NCBI GenBank assembly: GCA_902591565.1 | Contig: CACJBC010000001.1 | Location: 34,717-98,716 of the forward strand | Reading direction: 5' to 3' | DNA: 64,000 nucleotides | From: an uncultured SAR86 cluster bacterium | GTDB taxonomy: Bacteria; Pseudomonadota; Gammaproteobacteria; Magnimaribacterales; D2472 | Shown here: piece after piece, positions 21,681 through 30,796 of the stretch | Layout of the letters: each line of letters begins with the position of its first letter | Numbering within the stretch: position 1 is the stretch's first letter | Notes under the pieces: model-generated | The model's database searches: none | Seen by the model: the letters and a program-made list of their open reading frames with translations, nothing else | Told to the model about the DNA's origin: nothing | Translations under genes and position numbers: made by a program

Positions 21681-21706
21681 AAAACCCGGTTTATGCCGGG
21701 TTTTTT
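21681..21706. terminator. Bidirectional intrinsic terminator between proteorhodopsin and the convergent SDR gene
   Basis: AAAACCCGG-TTTATG-CCGGGTTTTTT: a GC stem flanked by an A-tract upstream and a T-tract downstream. It can therefore terminate transcription from both strands. Confidence 0.7.
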
Positions 21707-21727
21707 ATATAACAAACTTATAACAAT

Positions 21728-22450
21728 CTAGGGTGAAATAATTTCTCCGTCATAAGCTATTAGATTTCCTGAATTCTCTTTAGTTGCTTTTTCAATAACG
21801 TCTGACAGAAGTTCTCTGCTTTGCTCAGGGGAAAATAACTTACCTTTAGCTACATTCTTTTTGAAAGGCTCGCTTAGATTACTATCCACCGTTCCTGGTT
21901 GTAATCCTAATACCACTGCTTCAGGATTTGTTCTTTTTAATTCAATGCTAAAGTTTTTAATTATTTGATTTAGTGCTGTTTTGCTTGCTCTATATGAATA
22001 CCAGCCACCAAGTTTATTATCAGAAATACTACCTACTCTTGCACTCAAAAAAGCTAAGACAGACTTAGCATCTTTTCTTAGTAAAGGTATGAAATATCTT
22101 CCAATTAATGCAGGTCCAATGGTATTTACGGCCATAACTTTTGTCATAGTTGTAAAGTCTATTTCTTTAATGCTTTTTTCTGGTCCAAAATTTTCAGAGT
22201 GAAGAATTCCTGTGGCAACAATAATGGTATCAATAGGATAATCTTTTATGTTATGTGCAGCGTCCTCAATACTGGTTTGATTCTCAATATCTAGATCAAA
22301 ACTTTTTATTTTTCTGTTTTCAAAGCTTATTTTCTTTCTTGAAAATGCAAATACATTTTCTACTAATTCATCTTTTACATAATGCTCAAGAAAGGCTTTT
22401 CCAATAGCTCCCGTTGCACCTACTATTACTATATTTTTTTTAATTATCAT
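21728..22450 (-). CDS. Short-chain dehydrogenase/reductase (CsgA/C-factor-like SDR)
   Basis: IVIVGATGAIGKAF Rossmann motif and YRASKTALN (YxxxK); 240 aa. Confidence 0.7.
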   Translation of the reverse strand: MIIKKNIVIVGATGAIGKAFLEHYVKDELVENVFAFSRKKISFENRKIKSFDLDIENQTSIEDAAHNIKDYPIDTIIVATGILHSENFGPEKSIKEIDFTTMTKVMAVNTIGPALIGRYFIPLLRKDAKSVLAFLSARVGSISDNKLGGWYSYRASKTALNQIIKNFSIELKRTNPEAVVLGLQPGTVDSNLSEPFKKNVAKGKLFSPEQSRELLSDVIEKATKENSGNLIAYDGEIISP

Positions 22451-22483
22451 ATAAATATGTTTAGTTTTACTTTTTTAATAAAG

Positions 22484-23383
22484 CTAATTTGCTATTTTTT
22501 TTACGTTACTTGAGGCTACAAAATTTGAACCTTGAAGAAGCTCCTCTATGTTTTCTATAATTGTTTGCTTTACAGCTCTTACAATGGGATTAGATCTTGA
22601 AAGCTCATGTTGAATTAAATAAAAGCCTATTTTGAAAGAATACTCTTCCCTGCAATACACTTCCAATCTTGGATCATTATCGCCATCTAAATCGGTCAGG
22701 AATGTAGCTCCATTGCCAGAAGCGACAAAAGCATGAGCGTCTTGATATGAATTAGATGATATTATTACTTTAGGATTAGAAAAAAAACTATTAACAACAA
22801 AATCTGTATCCGATGAATCGTTTCTTTTGTAAGTAACCCATTCAAAATCATCAACATTTTTAATTTTCTTAAGATACTCTTTCGAAGCATAAATATGCAT
22901 ATTCATTTCACCAAGAAGGGTTGCTATTGAATCTTCAGGCGGACTGGTTGTACCAATAAATCCAATATCATACATCTCTGTAGTAAGGTCAGAAGAATCT
23001 GCATGATTCATTATATGGATATTCAAATTTGGATATTTTTTTCGAAGCTTGGTAATGATGTCCGTCATATTTTTACCACCCTCGCTTTGTTTATAAATAA
23101 CAAGCTTTCCATCCATCAAATCAGGATTAGGGATAAATCTTTCTTTTAGTGCAGATATTTTAAAATCAATTTTTTGGACTTCTTTATAAAGATCTTTGCC
23201 ATGAATAGTAAGCGCATAGCCAGAATTTCTCCTTTCAAATAATTTAATAGCTAATTCTTTTTCTAATTTTTCTATTTTTCTTGAAACGGTTGAGTGATTG
23301 ACTCCCATTTCTTTAGCACAGCCACTCAAGGTGCCATGATTTGCACATGAAATAAAATATTCTAAGTTTCCCCAATCGAGCAT
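22484..23383 (-). CDS. LysR-family transcriptional regulator
   Basis: N-terminal wHTH (GTLSGCAKEMGVNHSTVSRKIEKLEKEL) and a C-terminal substrate-binding domain. It is divergent from the sulfatase operon. Confidence 0.85.
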   Translation of the reverse strand: MLDWGNLEYFISCANHGTLSGCAKEMGVNHSTVSRKIEKLEKELAIKLFERRNSGYALTIHGKDLYKEVQKIDFKISALKERFIPNPDLMDGKLVIYKQSEGGKNMTDIITKLRKKYPNLNIHIMNHADSSDLTTEMYDIGFIGTTSPPEDSIATLLGEMNMHIYASKEYLKKIKNVDDFEWVTYKRNDSSDTDFVVNSFFSNPKVIISSNSYQDAHAFVASGNGATFLTDLDGDNDPRLEVYCREEYSFKIGFYLIQHELSRSNPIVRAVKQTIIENIEELLQGSNFVASSNVKKIAN

Positions 23384-23469
23384 TTGTAATTAATTATAAC
23401 TGTTTAAAATTGAACATAATATACTATGGCTGCTCAAATATAATCAATATATAAGCTCGAATTTGTTAT

Positions 23470-25140
23470 ATGAAGAATTCGATATTTAGATTAGACTCAA
23501 GTAATATGAAAAAAAATGTTTTGCTATATATTTTTCTGTTTCTTGTCATTACTGGATGGATATATAAACGAGAAATTGCTTTAACTCTTTTACCGATTGC
23601 TCTGAATATTAGCACCCCTATTGCAGATAATCAGGAAATTGAATGGCAAAAATCAGACTTTAAAAAAAATACAAATAAACCAAATATTATTCTTATTTTG
23701 GCAGATGACTTAGGCTTTAATGATGTTTCTTTCTACAATGGTGGGGCAGCAGATGGTAGCTTAATGACACCAAATATAGATCAGCTGGCAAAAGATGGTG
23801 TCGCATTTATGAATGGTTATGCAGCAAGTCCTGTTTGCTCGCCTTCAAGAGCTGCAATTATGACAGGAAGATATTCAAGTAGATATGGTTTTGAATTTAC
23901 GCCTTATCCTGCCTCAGCTGCAAGAATTATGAATATGTTAAGAAGAGATGGTGAGGTAGAAAATATTGAACTTGAAAATGTTCAATGGGATGAAGTTGGT
24001 TTAGCTATTGGAGGACTTCCAAACGAGGAAATAACCGTTGCAGAGTTACTAAAAGATAACGGTTATTATACTGCTCACATTGGTAAATGGCATTTAGGGG
24101 GATCTACAGATGGTATGAAACCAAATGACCAAGGTTTTGATGATAGCCTTAGGTTATATAGCAGCTTGTATCTTCCAAAAAATCATCCAGATGTAATTAA
24201 TGCAAAGATAGACTCTAGTGTTGAAGACATGATTTGGGCCTCCTCACAGTATGCAGCTGAATTTAACGGAAGTGAACCTTTTGAGCCTTCTGGATACATT
24301 ACAGATTACTATACAAATGAAACCATAAATGTAATTAACAATAATGCAGATAGACCTTTTTTTATTTATTTGGGTCATTTCGCACCTCATAATCCTCTTC
24401 AATCACTTAAAAAAGATTATGAAAAACATCAACATATGCAAAATCATACTCTTCAAGTTTATTCTGGAATGATAGAAGCACTTGATAGATCAGTTGGAAA
24501 AATAGTAAAAGCACTAGAAGAAAATGGGTTATCAGATAATACTCTAATAATCTTCACCTCAGATAACGGTGGGGCAGGATATATTGGATTACATGACATC
24601 AATAAGCCATATCGCGGTTGGAAACTTACTCATTTTGAAGGAGGAATGCACATCCCATTTTTTGCAAAATGGCCTGATAAAATTAAAAAAAATACCAAAT
24701 ATGATAAGAGAATTCATCATACTGATATATTCAGTACTATTCTTGGTGCAGCTGATATTGAACCACCGAAAAATATTCAAATAGATGGTAAAAATCTTAT
24801 TCCATATCTAACTGATGAGAAAATTGGAGAACCTCATGAAACCTTGTATTGGAAAAATGCATCCTATCAAGCAATTATTCATGATGATTGGAAATTAATG
24901 AGATCTCAATATCCAAAAAAGCAAGAGTATCTATTTGATTTAAAAAATGATCCATATGAAAAAAATAACCTTGCAAATGTTGAGATTGATATTAAAAACT
25001 CATTGCATCATATGATGGATAAGCATGTTGAATCTATGCCAAAACCCAAATGGCCACAATCAATTTTTATGCCAGTTACAATAGATAATCCAATCACAGA
25101 ATATAAAGAAGGTGATGAATTAATTTATTGGCCAAATTAA
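23470..25140 (+). CDS. Cys-type (formylglycine) sulfatase, membrane-anchored or secreted
   Basis: ILILADDLGFNDV metal-binding block and SPVCSPSRAAIMTGR (CxPxR FGly motif); GKWHLGG; TSDNGG. The N-terminal hydrophobic segment is VLLYIFLFLVITGWIY. An alternative start is at 23506. Confidence 0.85.
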   Translation: MKNSIFRLDSSNMKKNVLLYIFLFLVITGWIYKREIALTLLPIALNISTPIADNQEIEWQKSDFKKNTNKPNIILILADDLGFNDVSFYNGGAADGSLMTPNIDQLAKDGVAFMNGYAASPVCSPSRAAIMTGRYSSRYGFEFTPYPASAARIMNMLRRDGEVENIELENVQWDEVGLAIGGLPNEEITVAELLKDNGYYTAHIGKWHLGGSTDGMKPNDQGFDDSLRLYSSLYLPKNHPDVINAKIDSSVEDMIWASSQYAAEFNGSEPFEPSGYITDYYTNETINVINNNADRPFFIYLGHFAPHNPLQSLKKDYEKHQHMQNHTLQVYSGMIEALDRSVGKIVKALEENGLSDNTLIIFTSDNGGAGYIGLHDINKPYRGWKLTHFEGGMHIPFFAKWPDKIKKNTKYDKRIHHTDIFSTILGAADIEPPKNIQIDGKNLIPYLTDEKIGEPHETLYWKNASYQAIIHDDWKLMRSQYPKKQEYLFDLKNDPYEKNNLANVEIDIKNSLHHMMDKHVESMPKPKWPQSIFMPVTIDNPITEYKEGDELIYWPN

Positions 25141-25166
25141 ATTTACTAATTATTTGAGAGGAGTGA

Positions 25167-26234
25167 ATGAAAGTTTTAAGAACACCAGATGAATGTTTTA
25201 AAAATATAAAAGATTATCCATTTAATCCGGTTTATACAAATATAGAAACGAAAGATGGCACTATTTTGAGAATTCATCATATTGATGAAGGTCCTAAAGA
25301 TGGCCCTATCTTGCTAGCAATGCATGGTCAACCAGTATGGAGTTATCTTTATACCAGAATGATTCCAATCCTTACTCAAGCAGGAATAAGAGTAATAGCT
25401 CCAGACTTAGTTGGTTACGGAAAGTCAGATAAGCCAGCTACTAGAGAAGACTATTCTTATCAAAATCAAGTTGATTGGATGGGCGAATGGTTGAAAAAAA
25501 ATAATTTTCAAAATCTAAATTTTTTTGGACAAGACTGGGGTGGTTTAATTGGTTTAAGAATGATAGCAGCAGATCCGGATAGGTTTTTAAAAATTGCTAT
25601 GGGTAATACAGGTCTTCCATATAACCCTAATGCTCCTCAAGAAGTGATTGATGAAGTAAATGAATTTAGAGCATCGAATAAAAAGATAAGTTTCTTTGGA
25701 ATGATTAAAAATGTTAGCAAAATGGACAAAAACAAACACATGGCAACGAAATTTATGTACTGGCAAAAATTTACCTGGGATTCAAAAAATCTTCCAATTG
25801 GCTTAATTAATTCGTATCAAATGGAAAGTCAGTTTATGAAATCTCCGATCAAAGCATATATACATATTCTGTTACATAAAATAGGACTAGAAAAAATTTC
25901 ACCGTTTTATACTGATTTAATGAAAGCTTATGAAGCCCCCTTCCCAGATCCGTCATATAAAATGGGTCCTAGGGCAATGCCAAGTCAAGTTCCAATGATA
26001 CCTGATCAGTCTCTAGATGCTCAGAGAAAAGCAAGAGAGTTTTTTAAAACTTCCGATAAACCTTTTTTAGCTGTTTTTGCAGGCAATGATCCTGTGACAA
26101 ATGGGGCTGAGAAAGATATTCTTAGAATGGCTCCAAATGCAAAAAGTGCCCCTCATATTGGCGGAGGTCATTTTTTTCAATGGACTAAAGCAAAACCACT
26201 ATCTAAGATATTAATTGATTTTATAAAAGAGTAA
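25167..26234 (+). CDS. Haloalkane dehalogenase, HLD-I (DhlA-like)
   Basis: It aligns from memory along its length with Xanthobacter DhlA: [20 protein letters not shown] (DhlA HGEPTWSYLYRKMIP), nucleophile block [15 protein letters not shown] (DhlA YAAPFPDTSY), and C-terminal GGHF (catalytic His). The cap region is ~45 aa longer than in DhlA. Confidence 0.8.
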   Translation: MKVLRTPDECFKNIKDYPFNPVYTNIETKDGTILRIHHIDEGPKDGPILLAMHGQPVWSYLYTRMIPILTQAGIRVIAPDLVGYGKSDKPATREDYSYQNQVDWMGEWLKKNNFQNLNFFGQDWGGLIGLRMIAADPDRFLKIAMGNTGLPYNPNAPQEVIDEVNEFRASNKKISFFGMIKNVSKMDKNKHMATKFMYWQKFTWDSKNLPIGLINSYQMESQFMKSPIKAYIHILLHKIGLEKISPFYTDLMKAYEAPFPDPSYKMGPRAMPSQVPMIPDQSLDAQRKAREFFKTSDKPFLAVFAGNDPVTNGAEKDILRMAPNAKSAPHIGGGHFFQWTKAKPLSKILIDFIKE

Positions 26235-26239
26235 TATTT

Positions 26240-26923
26240 ATGATTCATTTGTATACAGCCTCAACACCTAACGGTCATAAAGTTTCTTGCTTGTTAGAGG
26301 CATTAGAAATGTCCTACGAAGTTCATTCAGTAAACCTTGCTGAAGGTGAACAAAAAAAACCTGAATTTTTAAAGATTAGTCCTAATGGCAGGATTCCAGC
26401 TATTGTAGATACTGAAAATGATAATCTTTCAATCTTTGAATCTGGAGCAATAATGCTCTATCTTGCAGAAAAGGCAGGAAAGCTTATCCCAAATGATGTT
26501 AAGGGAAGAGCAAAAGTTACTGAATGGCTTATGTTCCAAATGGGTGGCATCGGTCCAATGATGGGTCAAGCAAATGTTTTTTTTAGATATTTCCCTGAGA
26601 AAATTCAACCAGCAATAGATAGATATCAAAATGAATCACGGCGTCTTTTTGAGGTTTTAGATACTCATTTAGCTGACAATGAATGGTTAGCTGGAGAATA
26701 TTCCATTGCAGACATTGCTAACTGGTGCTGGGTTAGAACACATAATTGGTCAGGTGTATCAATTGATGGGCTAGCTCATTTAGAAGATTGGAAAAATAGA
26801 ATGTATGAGCAACCAGGAATGATTAAAGGAACTAAGGTTCCAGTTGATAGAGAAAGTATCTTAAAAAATAAAGAAGACGAAAAGGAATTTATAAAAAACG
26901 CACAAAAAATGGTAAAAAAATAA
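26240..26923 (+). CDS. Nu-class glutathione S-transferase (YfcG/YghU-like GSH-dependent disulfide reductase)
   Basis: [20 protein letters not shown]...[12 protein letters not shown]...[18 protein letters not shown] closely parallels E. coli YfcG (MIDLYFAPTPNGHKITLFLE...). Confidence 0.8.
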   Translation: MIHLYTASTPNGHKVSCLLEALEMSYEVHSVNLAEGEQKKPEFLKISPNGRIPAIVDTENDNLSIFESGAIMLYLAEKAGKLIPNDVKGRAKVTEWLMFQMGGIGPMMGQANVFFRYFPEKIQPAIDRYQNESRRLFEVLDTHLADNEWLAGEYSIADIANWCWVRTHNWSGVSIDGLAHLEDWKNRMYEQPGMIKGTKVPVDRESILKNKEDEKEFIKNAQKMVKK

Positions 26924-26934
26924 GGGGGAGTCTT

Positions 26935-27549
26935 ATGTTAAAAGTTTATTTTACACCTGGAACTAGAGCAGGAAGAGTAGTTTGGCTGCTCGAAGAATTA
27001 GGGTTAGATTACGATGTGAATATCTTGCCTTTTACAAAAGAGGGTTTGAAATCTCCTGAACATAGATCTAGGCACGCATTAGGTAGAGTACCAGTTCTTG
27101 AAGATGGTGGTATTTCCATATTTGAATCTGGAGCAATTATTCAATATATCCTCGAACGTCATAAAGATGGTGGTCTTAAACCTTCGACAGATTCAGAAGA
27201 GTTTCCATACTATCTTCAATGGTTTCATTATTGTGAAGGTATGGTTATGCCGCCAATGAATCAGGTTGTAGTTCAAACAGTTTTATTGCCACCTGATAGA
27301 AGAGATGAAAACGTTTTAAGGCAAGCGCAAAACTTAATAACCAAGTCTCTTGGTCCAGTTAATGATAATCTTGCTGATAAAGATTACTTAGTTGGTAATT
27401 TTTCTGCAGCCGATCTTATGCTTGGTCATTCATGCTTTATGGCCAATAGATTGGGGTGTGTTCCTGATGAAATGGAGCATATAAAAAATTATGTAGCTCG
27501 CATTGAAGCAAGGCCTGCATTTCAAAAAGCCATAACCTTAGGAGAATAA
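26935..27549 (+). CDS. Glutathione S-transferase
   Basis: GST N-domain ([24 protein letters not shown]) plus an alpha-helical C-domain. A strong SD (GGGGGAG) precedes the ATG. Confidence 0.75.
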   Translation: MLKVYFTPGTRAGRVVWLLEELGLDYDVNILPFTKEGLKSPEHRSRHALGRVPVLEDGGISIFESGAIIQYILERHKDGGLKPSTDSEEFPYYLQWFHYCEGMVMPPMNQVVVQTVLLPPDRRDENVLRQAQNLITKSLGPVNDNLADKDYLVGNFSAADLMLGHSCFMANRLGCVPDEMEHIKNYVARIEARPAFQKAITLGE

Positions 27550-27550
27550 T

Positions 27551-27964
27551 ATGGAATATAAAAATAGTGTTCATCCTACCAAAGAACAAATGGAAGGATT
27601 TCTTGAGGGTGACAATGAAGCACCTATCGCCATGCTGAATCTTTTGAAATTTAAAGAAAAAGCTGAATACGAGGATGGTCGAGATACTGATCTAACTGGC
27701 GAGCAAGCATATGCCATATATAGTGTAGAGGTTGTTGAACATTTAAAAAAAGTGGGTGGTAAAGTATCTTTTGGCGGGTCTATAAATCGCCTAATGCTTG
27801 GAGAAGCGGAAGAGCTTTGGGATGTAACTTTTATTGCTAAATATCCTAGCAAAAAGGCAATGCTCAAAATGATTACAGATCCTGACTATTTAGAAAGTAA
27901 TAAGCATAGAGTGGCAGGACTTGCAGGACAGCTTAATATCGAAGTTAAAGAATATAAATTTTGA
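27551..27964 (+). CDS. DUF1330 family protein (dimeric alpha/beta-barrel)
   Basis: 137 aa with a pattern typical of DUF1330 (IAMLNLLKFKE...GGKV...WDVTFIAKYPSKKAMLKM...Y). Function is unknown. Confidence 0.6.
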   Translation: MEYKNSVHPTKEQMEGFLEGDNEAPIAMLNLLKFKEKAEYEDGRDTDLTGEQAYAIYSVEVVEHLKKVGGKVSFGGSINRLMLGEAEELWDVTFIAKYPSKKAMLKMITDPDYLESNKHRVAGLAGQLNIEVKEYKF

Positions 27965-27983
27965 AACAATTCCAAACAGTAAG

Positions 27984-29018
27984 ATGACTGAAAAAATAAA
28001 AGTCTTTGGAGCAACACCCTCTCCTTATACACATAAAATGATTTCTATTTTAAGGTATCGACAAATTCCATATGAAGCATATATGGGAGATGTTGTAGGA
28101 AGATTAAAAAAATTAAATATTGAGCCGCCACAACCAGTTTTGCTCCCAACTATATTATTAAAAGATGAAGCCAACAATTTAATTCCAACCACGGACTCTA
28201 CTCCTATTATAAGAAGATTAGAAAAAGAGTATTCTGAGAGAAAATTACTACCAGATGACCCTGCGCTTTCCTTTATAAACTATTTACTAGAAGATTTTGG
28301 CGATGAATGGGTCACTAAATATATGTTTCACTTTAGATGGTACTTTGAAGAAGATTCAGATAATGCCGGTACAATCCTGCCTTTAGTTGATCTTGGCACT
28401 GATACACCTGATGAAGCACTCATAGAATTTAAAAAATTTATCTCAAATAGACAAATTGAAAGACTATGGGTTGTTGGCTCTAACGATATAACAGCTGGTT
28501 TAATTGATTCTAGTTTTAGAAGATTTGTGAAACTTATGGATAATCATTTATCAGCAAGTAAATTTCTTTTTGGTGAAAAGCCCTCTTCTGCCGATTTTGC
28601 TTTTTATGGTCAGTTGACTCAGCTTATTGGATTTGATCCAACTTCAAGAAAAATAGTTTATGACTCATCTAAAAGATTAATTGCTTGGGTTGATGTAATG
28701 GCTGATCTTTCAGGTCATGATGTAAACAATTGTAAATGGACGGTTCTTGAAGATAGTCCAGAGACTTTAAAAGAACTTCTCAAAGAATTTGGGAAAATGT
28801 ATGTGCCTACATTGGTTGCAAACGCGGAGGCAAAAAACTCTGGAAATGAGACATGGGAAATTGAAATAGATGGTTCGATATGGAAACAAAAGACATTCTC
28901 ATATCAAGCTAAATGTTTAGAGTGGATAAAAGATGAGTTTAATGTGTTAAATGATCATGATAAAAAAAGAGTGATGAAATATCTTGATGGAACAGGGTGT
29001 GAAAAAATCTTAGGATAA
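27984..29018 (+). CDS. Long GST-fold protein (thioredoxin-like N-domain with SPY motif plus extended C-domain)
   Basis: KVFGATPSPYTHKMISILRY, TDSTPIIRRLE and SSADFAFYGQL resemble GST_N/GST_C elements. The ATG at 27984 follows the DUF1330 stop by 19 nt and is preferred to the TTG at 27921, which would overlap DUF1330. Confidence 0.5.
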   Translation: MTEKIKVFGATPSPYTHKMISILRYRQIPYEAYMGDVVGRLKKLNIEPPQPVLLPTILLKDEANNLIPTTDSTPIIRRLEKEYSERKLLPDDPALSFINYLLEDFGDEWVTKYMFHFRWYFEEDSDNAGTILPLVDLGTDTPDEALIEFKKFISNRQIERLWVVGSNDITAGLIDSSFRRFVKLMDNHLSASKFLFGEKPSSADFAFYGQLTQLIGFDPTSRKIVYDSSKRLIAWVDVMADLSGHDVNNCKWTVLEDSPETLKELLKEFGKMYVPTLVANAEAKNSGNETWEIEIDGSIWKQKTFSYQAKCLEWIKDEFNVLNDHDKKRVMKYLDGTGCEKILG

Positions 29019-29022
29019 TAAT

Positions 29023-29835
29023 ATGAAAATAAAAGATAAAAGAATTGTTGTAACTGGTGCCGCTAGCGGTATTGGCTTAGCGCTATGTGAAGAATTTCAT
29101 GCAAGTGGAGTCAAGTCAATTGTCTGTGTTGATATAAATGAAGATGGTGCAAGGAGTATTGCAGAAAAAGTTAATGGAATTGCTATAGCTGCTGATGTGT
29201 CTAGTGAAAAAGATATTATTAATGTGATTGAAAAAGCAAATGAATATTCTGGAGGAATTGATATATTTTGTTCGAATGCTGGAGTTGGTGGTGCTCCAAT
29301 GTTTTTAGAAACAACATCTGAAGAATGGAATAGCACATGGAGTATAAACGTAATGTCTCATGTTCATGCTGCAAAACATGTATTACCTCAAATGCTTGAA
29401 AGAGGTGAAGGCTATTTAATGAATACAGCATCAGCTGCAGGTTTGTTATCACAAATAGGTGCAGCTCAGTATGCTGTTACTAAATCAGCGGCAGTAAGTT
29501 TTGCTGAGTGGATAAAAATTACTTATGGCCAAAAAGGTATTGGTGTTTCCTGTCTTTGCCCTCAAGCTGTGAGAACTGCTATGACTGCTCAAGGTGCCGG
29601 AGTTGCAGGAGTGGATGGAATGCTTGAACCAGATGTGGTTGCTAAAGATGTTTTAGACGCAATTGAAAAGGAAAGATTTTTAGTCTTGCCTCATAAAGAA
29701 GTTGGCGAATATGTGCAAAGAAAAGGTAATGACAGAGATAGATGGATAGCCGGTATGCAAAGACTGCAAACACAATATGAAGATTTTTATGAAAACTGGG
29801 TTAGTGGAAATAAAGGAGAAAATAATGAAAACTAA
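29023..29835 (+). CDS. Short-chain dehydrogenase/reductase
   Basis: VVTGAASGIGLA (TGxxxGxG), NAG, and YAVTKSA (YxxxK). Confidence 0.8.
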   Translation: MKIKDKRIVVTGAASGIGLALCEEFHASGVKSIVCVDINEDGARSIAEKVNGIAIAADVSSEKDIINVIEKANEYSGGIDIFCSNAGVGGAPMFLETTSEEWNSTWSINVMSHVHAAKHVLPQMLERGEGYLMNTASAAGLLSQIGAAQYAVTKSAAVSFAEWIKITYGQKGIGVSCLCPQAVRTAMTAQGAGVAGVDGMLEPDVVAKDVLDAIEKERFLVLPHKEVGEYVQRKGNDRDRWIAGMQRLQTQYEDFYENWVSGNKGENNEN

Positions 29836-30793
29836 AATTACAGAACTATTTGGAATTGAGAATCCTATTATTCAAGGTGGTATGCATCATGTAGGTTTTG
29901 CTGAACTTGCTGCAGCTGTTTCTAACGCTGGCGGCCTTGGAACTATTACCGGCTTAACCCAAGGAACTCCTGAAAAATTAGCTAACGAAATTGCTAGATG
30001 TAAAGAAATGACAGATAAGCCTTTTGCTGTGAATTTAACCTTTCTTCCATCTTTGACGCCTCCAGATTATCCTGGATTAATTAAAGAAATAATCGATGCA
30101 GGTGTCCCAGTGGTCGAAACTGCTGGAAGAAACCCTGCTGAATATTTGCCTGCATTAAAAGATGCTGGGATAAAAGTTATTCATAAGTGTACTTCTGTAA
30201 GACACTCTATAAAAGCTCAATCAATTGGTTGTGATGCTGTATCAGTTGATGGTTTTGAATGTGGCGGTCACCCAGGCGAAGATGATATTCCAAATTTTAT
30301 TTTACTACCAAGAGCAGCAGAGGAATTAGAAATTCCGTTTGTTGCCTCAGGCGGTATGGCTGACGGAAGAAGTTTAGTTGCTGCTATGGCTCTTGGAGCA
30401 GAAGGAATGAATATGGGAACAAGATTTATAGCAACGCAAGATGCACCTGTTCATCAAAATGTTAAAGAAGCTATTGTTAACGCAACTGAACTGGATACTC
30501 GATTAATTATGAGATCATTAACAAACACTGAAAGAGTTCTTAATAATGAAGCAGTAGAAAGACTCATGGAAAAAGAAAAAGCATTAGGTGATGATTTAAA
30601 ATTCGAGGATATCATTGACGAAGTTGCCGGAGTTTATCCAAAAATTATGCATGAAGGAACAATGGAGGCTGGAGCTTGGTCTTGTGGAATGGTTGCTGGG
30701 CTCGTGAATGATATTCCAACAGTCCAGGACTTAATAAACAATATTATGTCCCAGGCTGATGAAATAATTAAATCAAAGCTACAAAATTTCTAA
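29825..30793 (+). CDS. Nitronate monooxygenase / 2-nitropropane dioxygenase family FMN oxidoreductase (FabK-like fold)
   Basis: ENPIIQGGMHHVGFAELAAAVSNAGGLGTI, GFECGGH, and ASGGMADGRS...GAEGMNMGTRF. The ATG at 29825 is preceded by AAGGAG and overlaps the SDR end by 11 nt. The track's upstream start (29777) is unlikely. Confidence 0.75.
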   Translation: MKTKITELFGIENPIIQGGMHHVGFAELAAAVSNAGGLGTITGLTQGTPEKLANEIARCKEMTDKPFAVNLTFLPSLTPPDYPGLIKEIIDAGVPVVETAGRNPAEYLPALKDAGIKVIHKCTSVRHSIKAQSIGCDAVSVDGFECGGHPGEDDIPNFILLPRAAEELEIPFVASGGMADGRSLVAAMALGAEGMNMGTRFIATQDAPVHQNVKEAIVNATELDTRLIMRSLTNTERVLNNEAVERLMEKEKALGDDLKFEDIIDEVAGVYPKIMHEGTMEAGAWSCGMVAGLVNDIPTVQDLINNIMSQADEIIKSKLQNF

Positions 30794-30796
30794 GAT

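Noticed and set aside
23384-23469. An attempt to define a LysR T-N11-A box in the LysR/sulfatase intergenic region (for example ATTAT ... ATAAT).
   Set aside because: Only weak dyads with non-canonical spacing (18 nt) were found. They cannot be distinguished from background in this AT-rich spacer.
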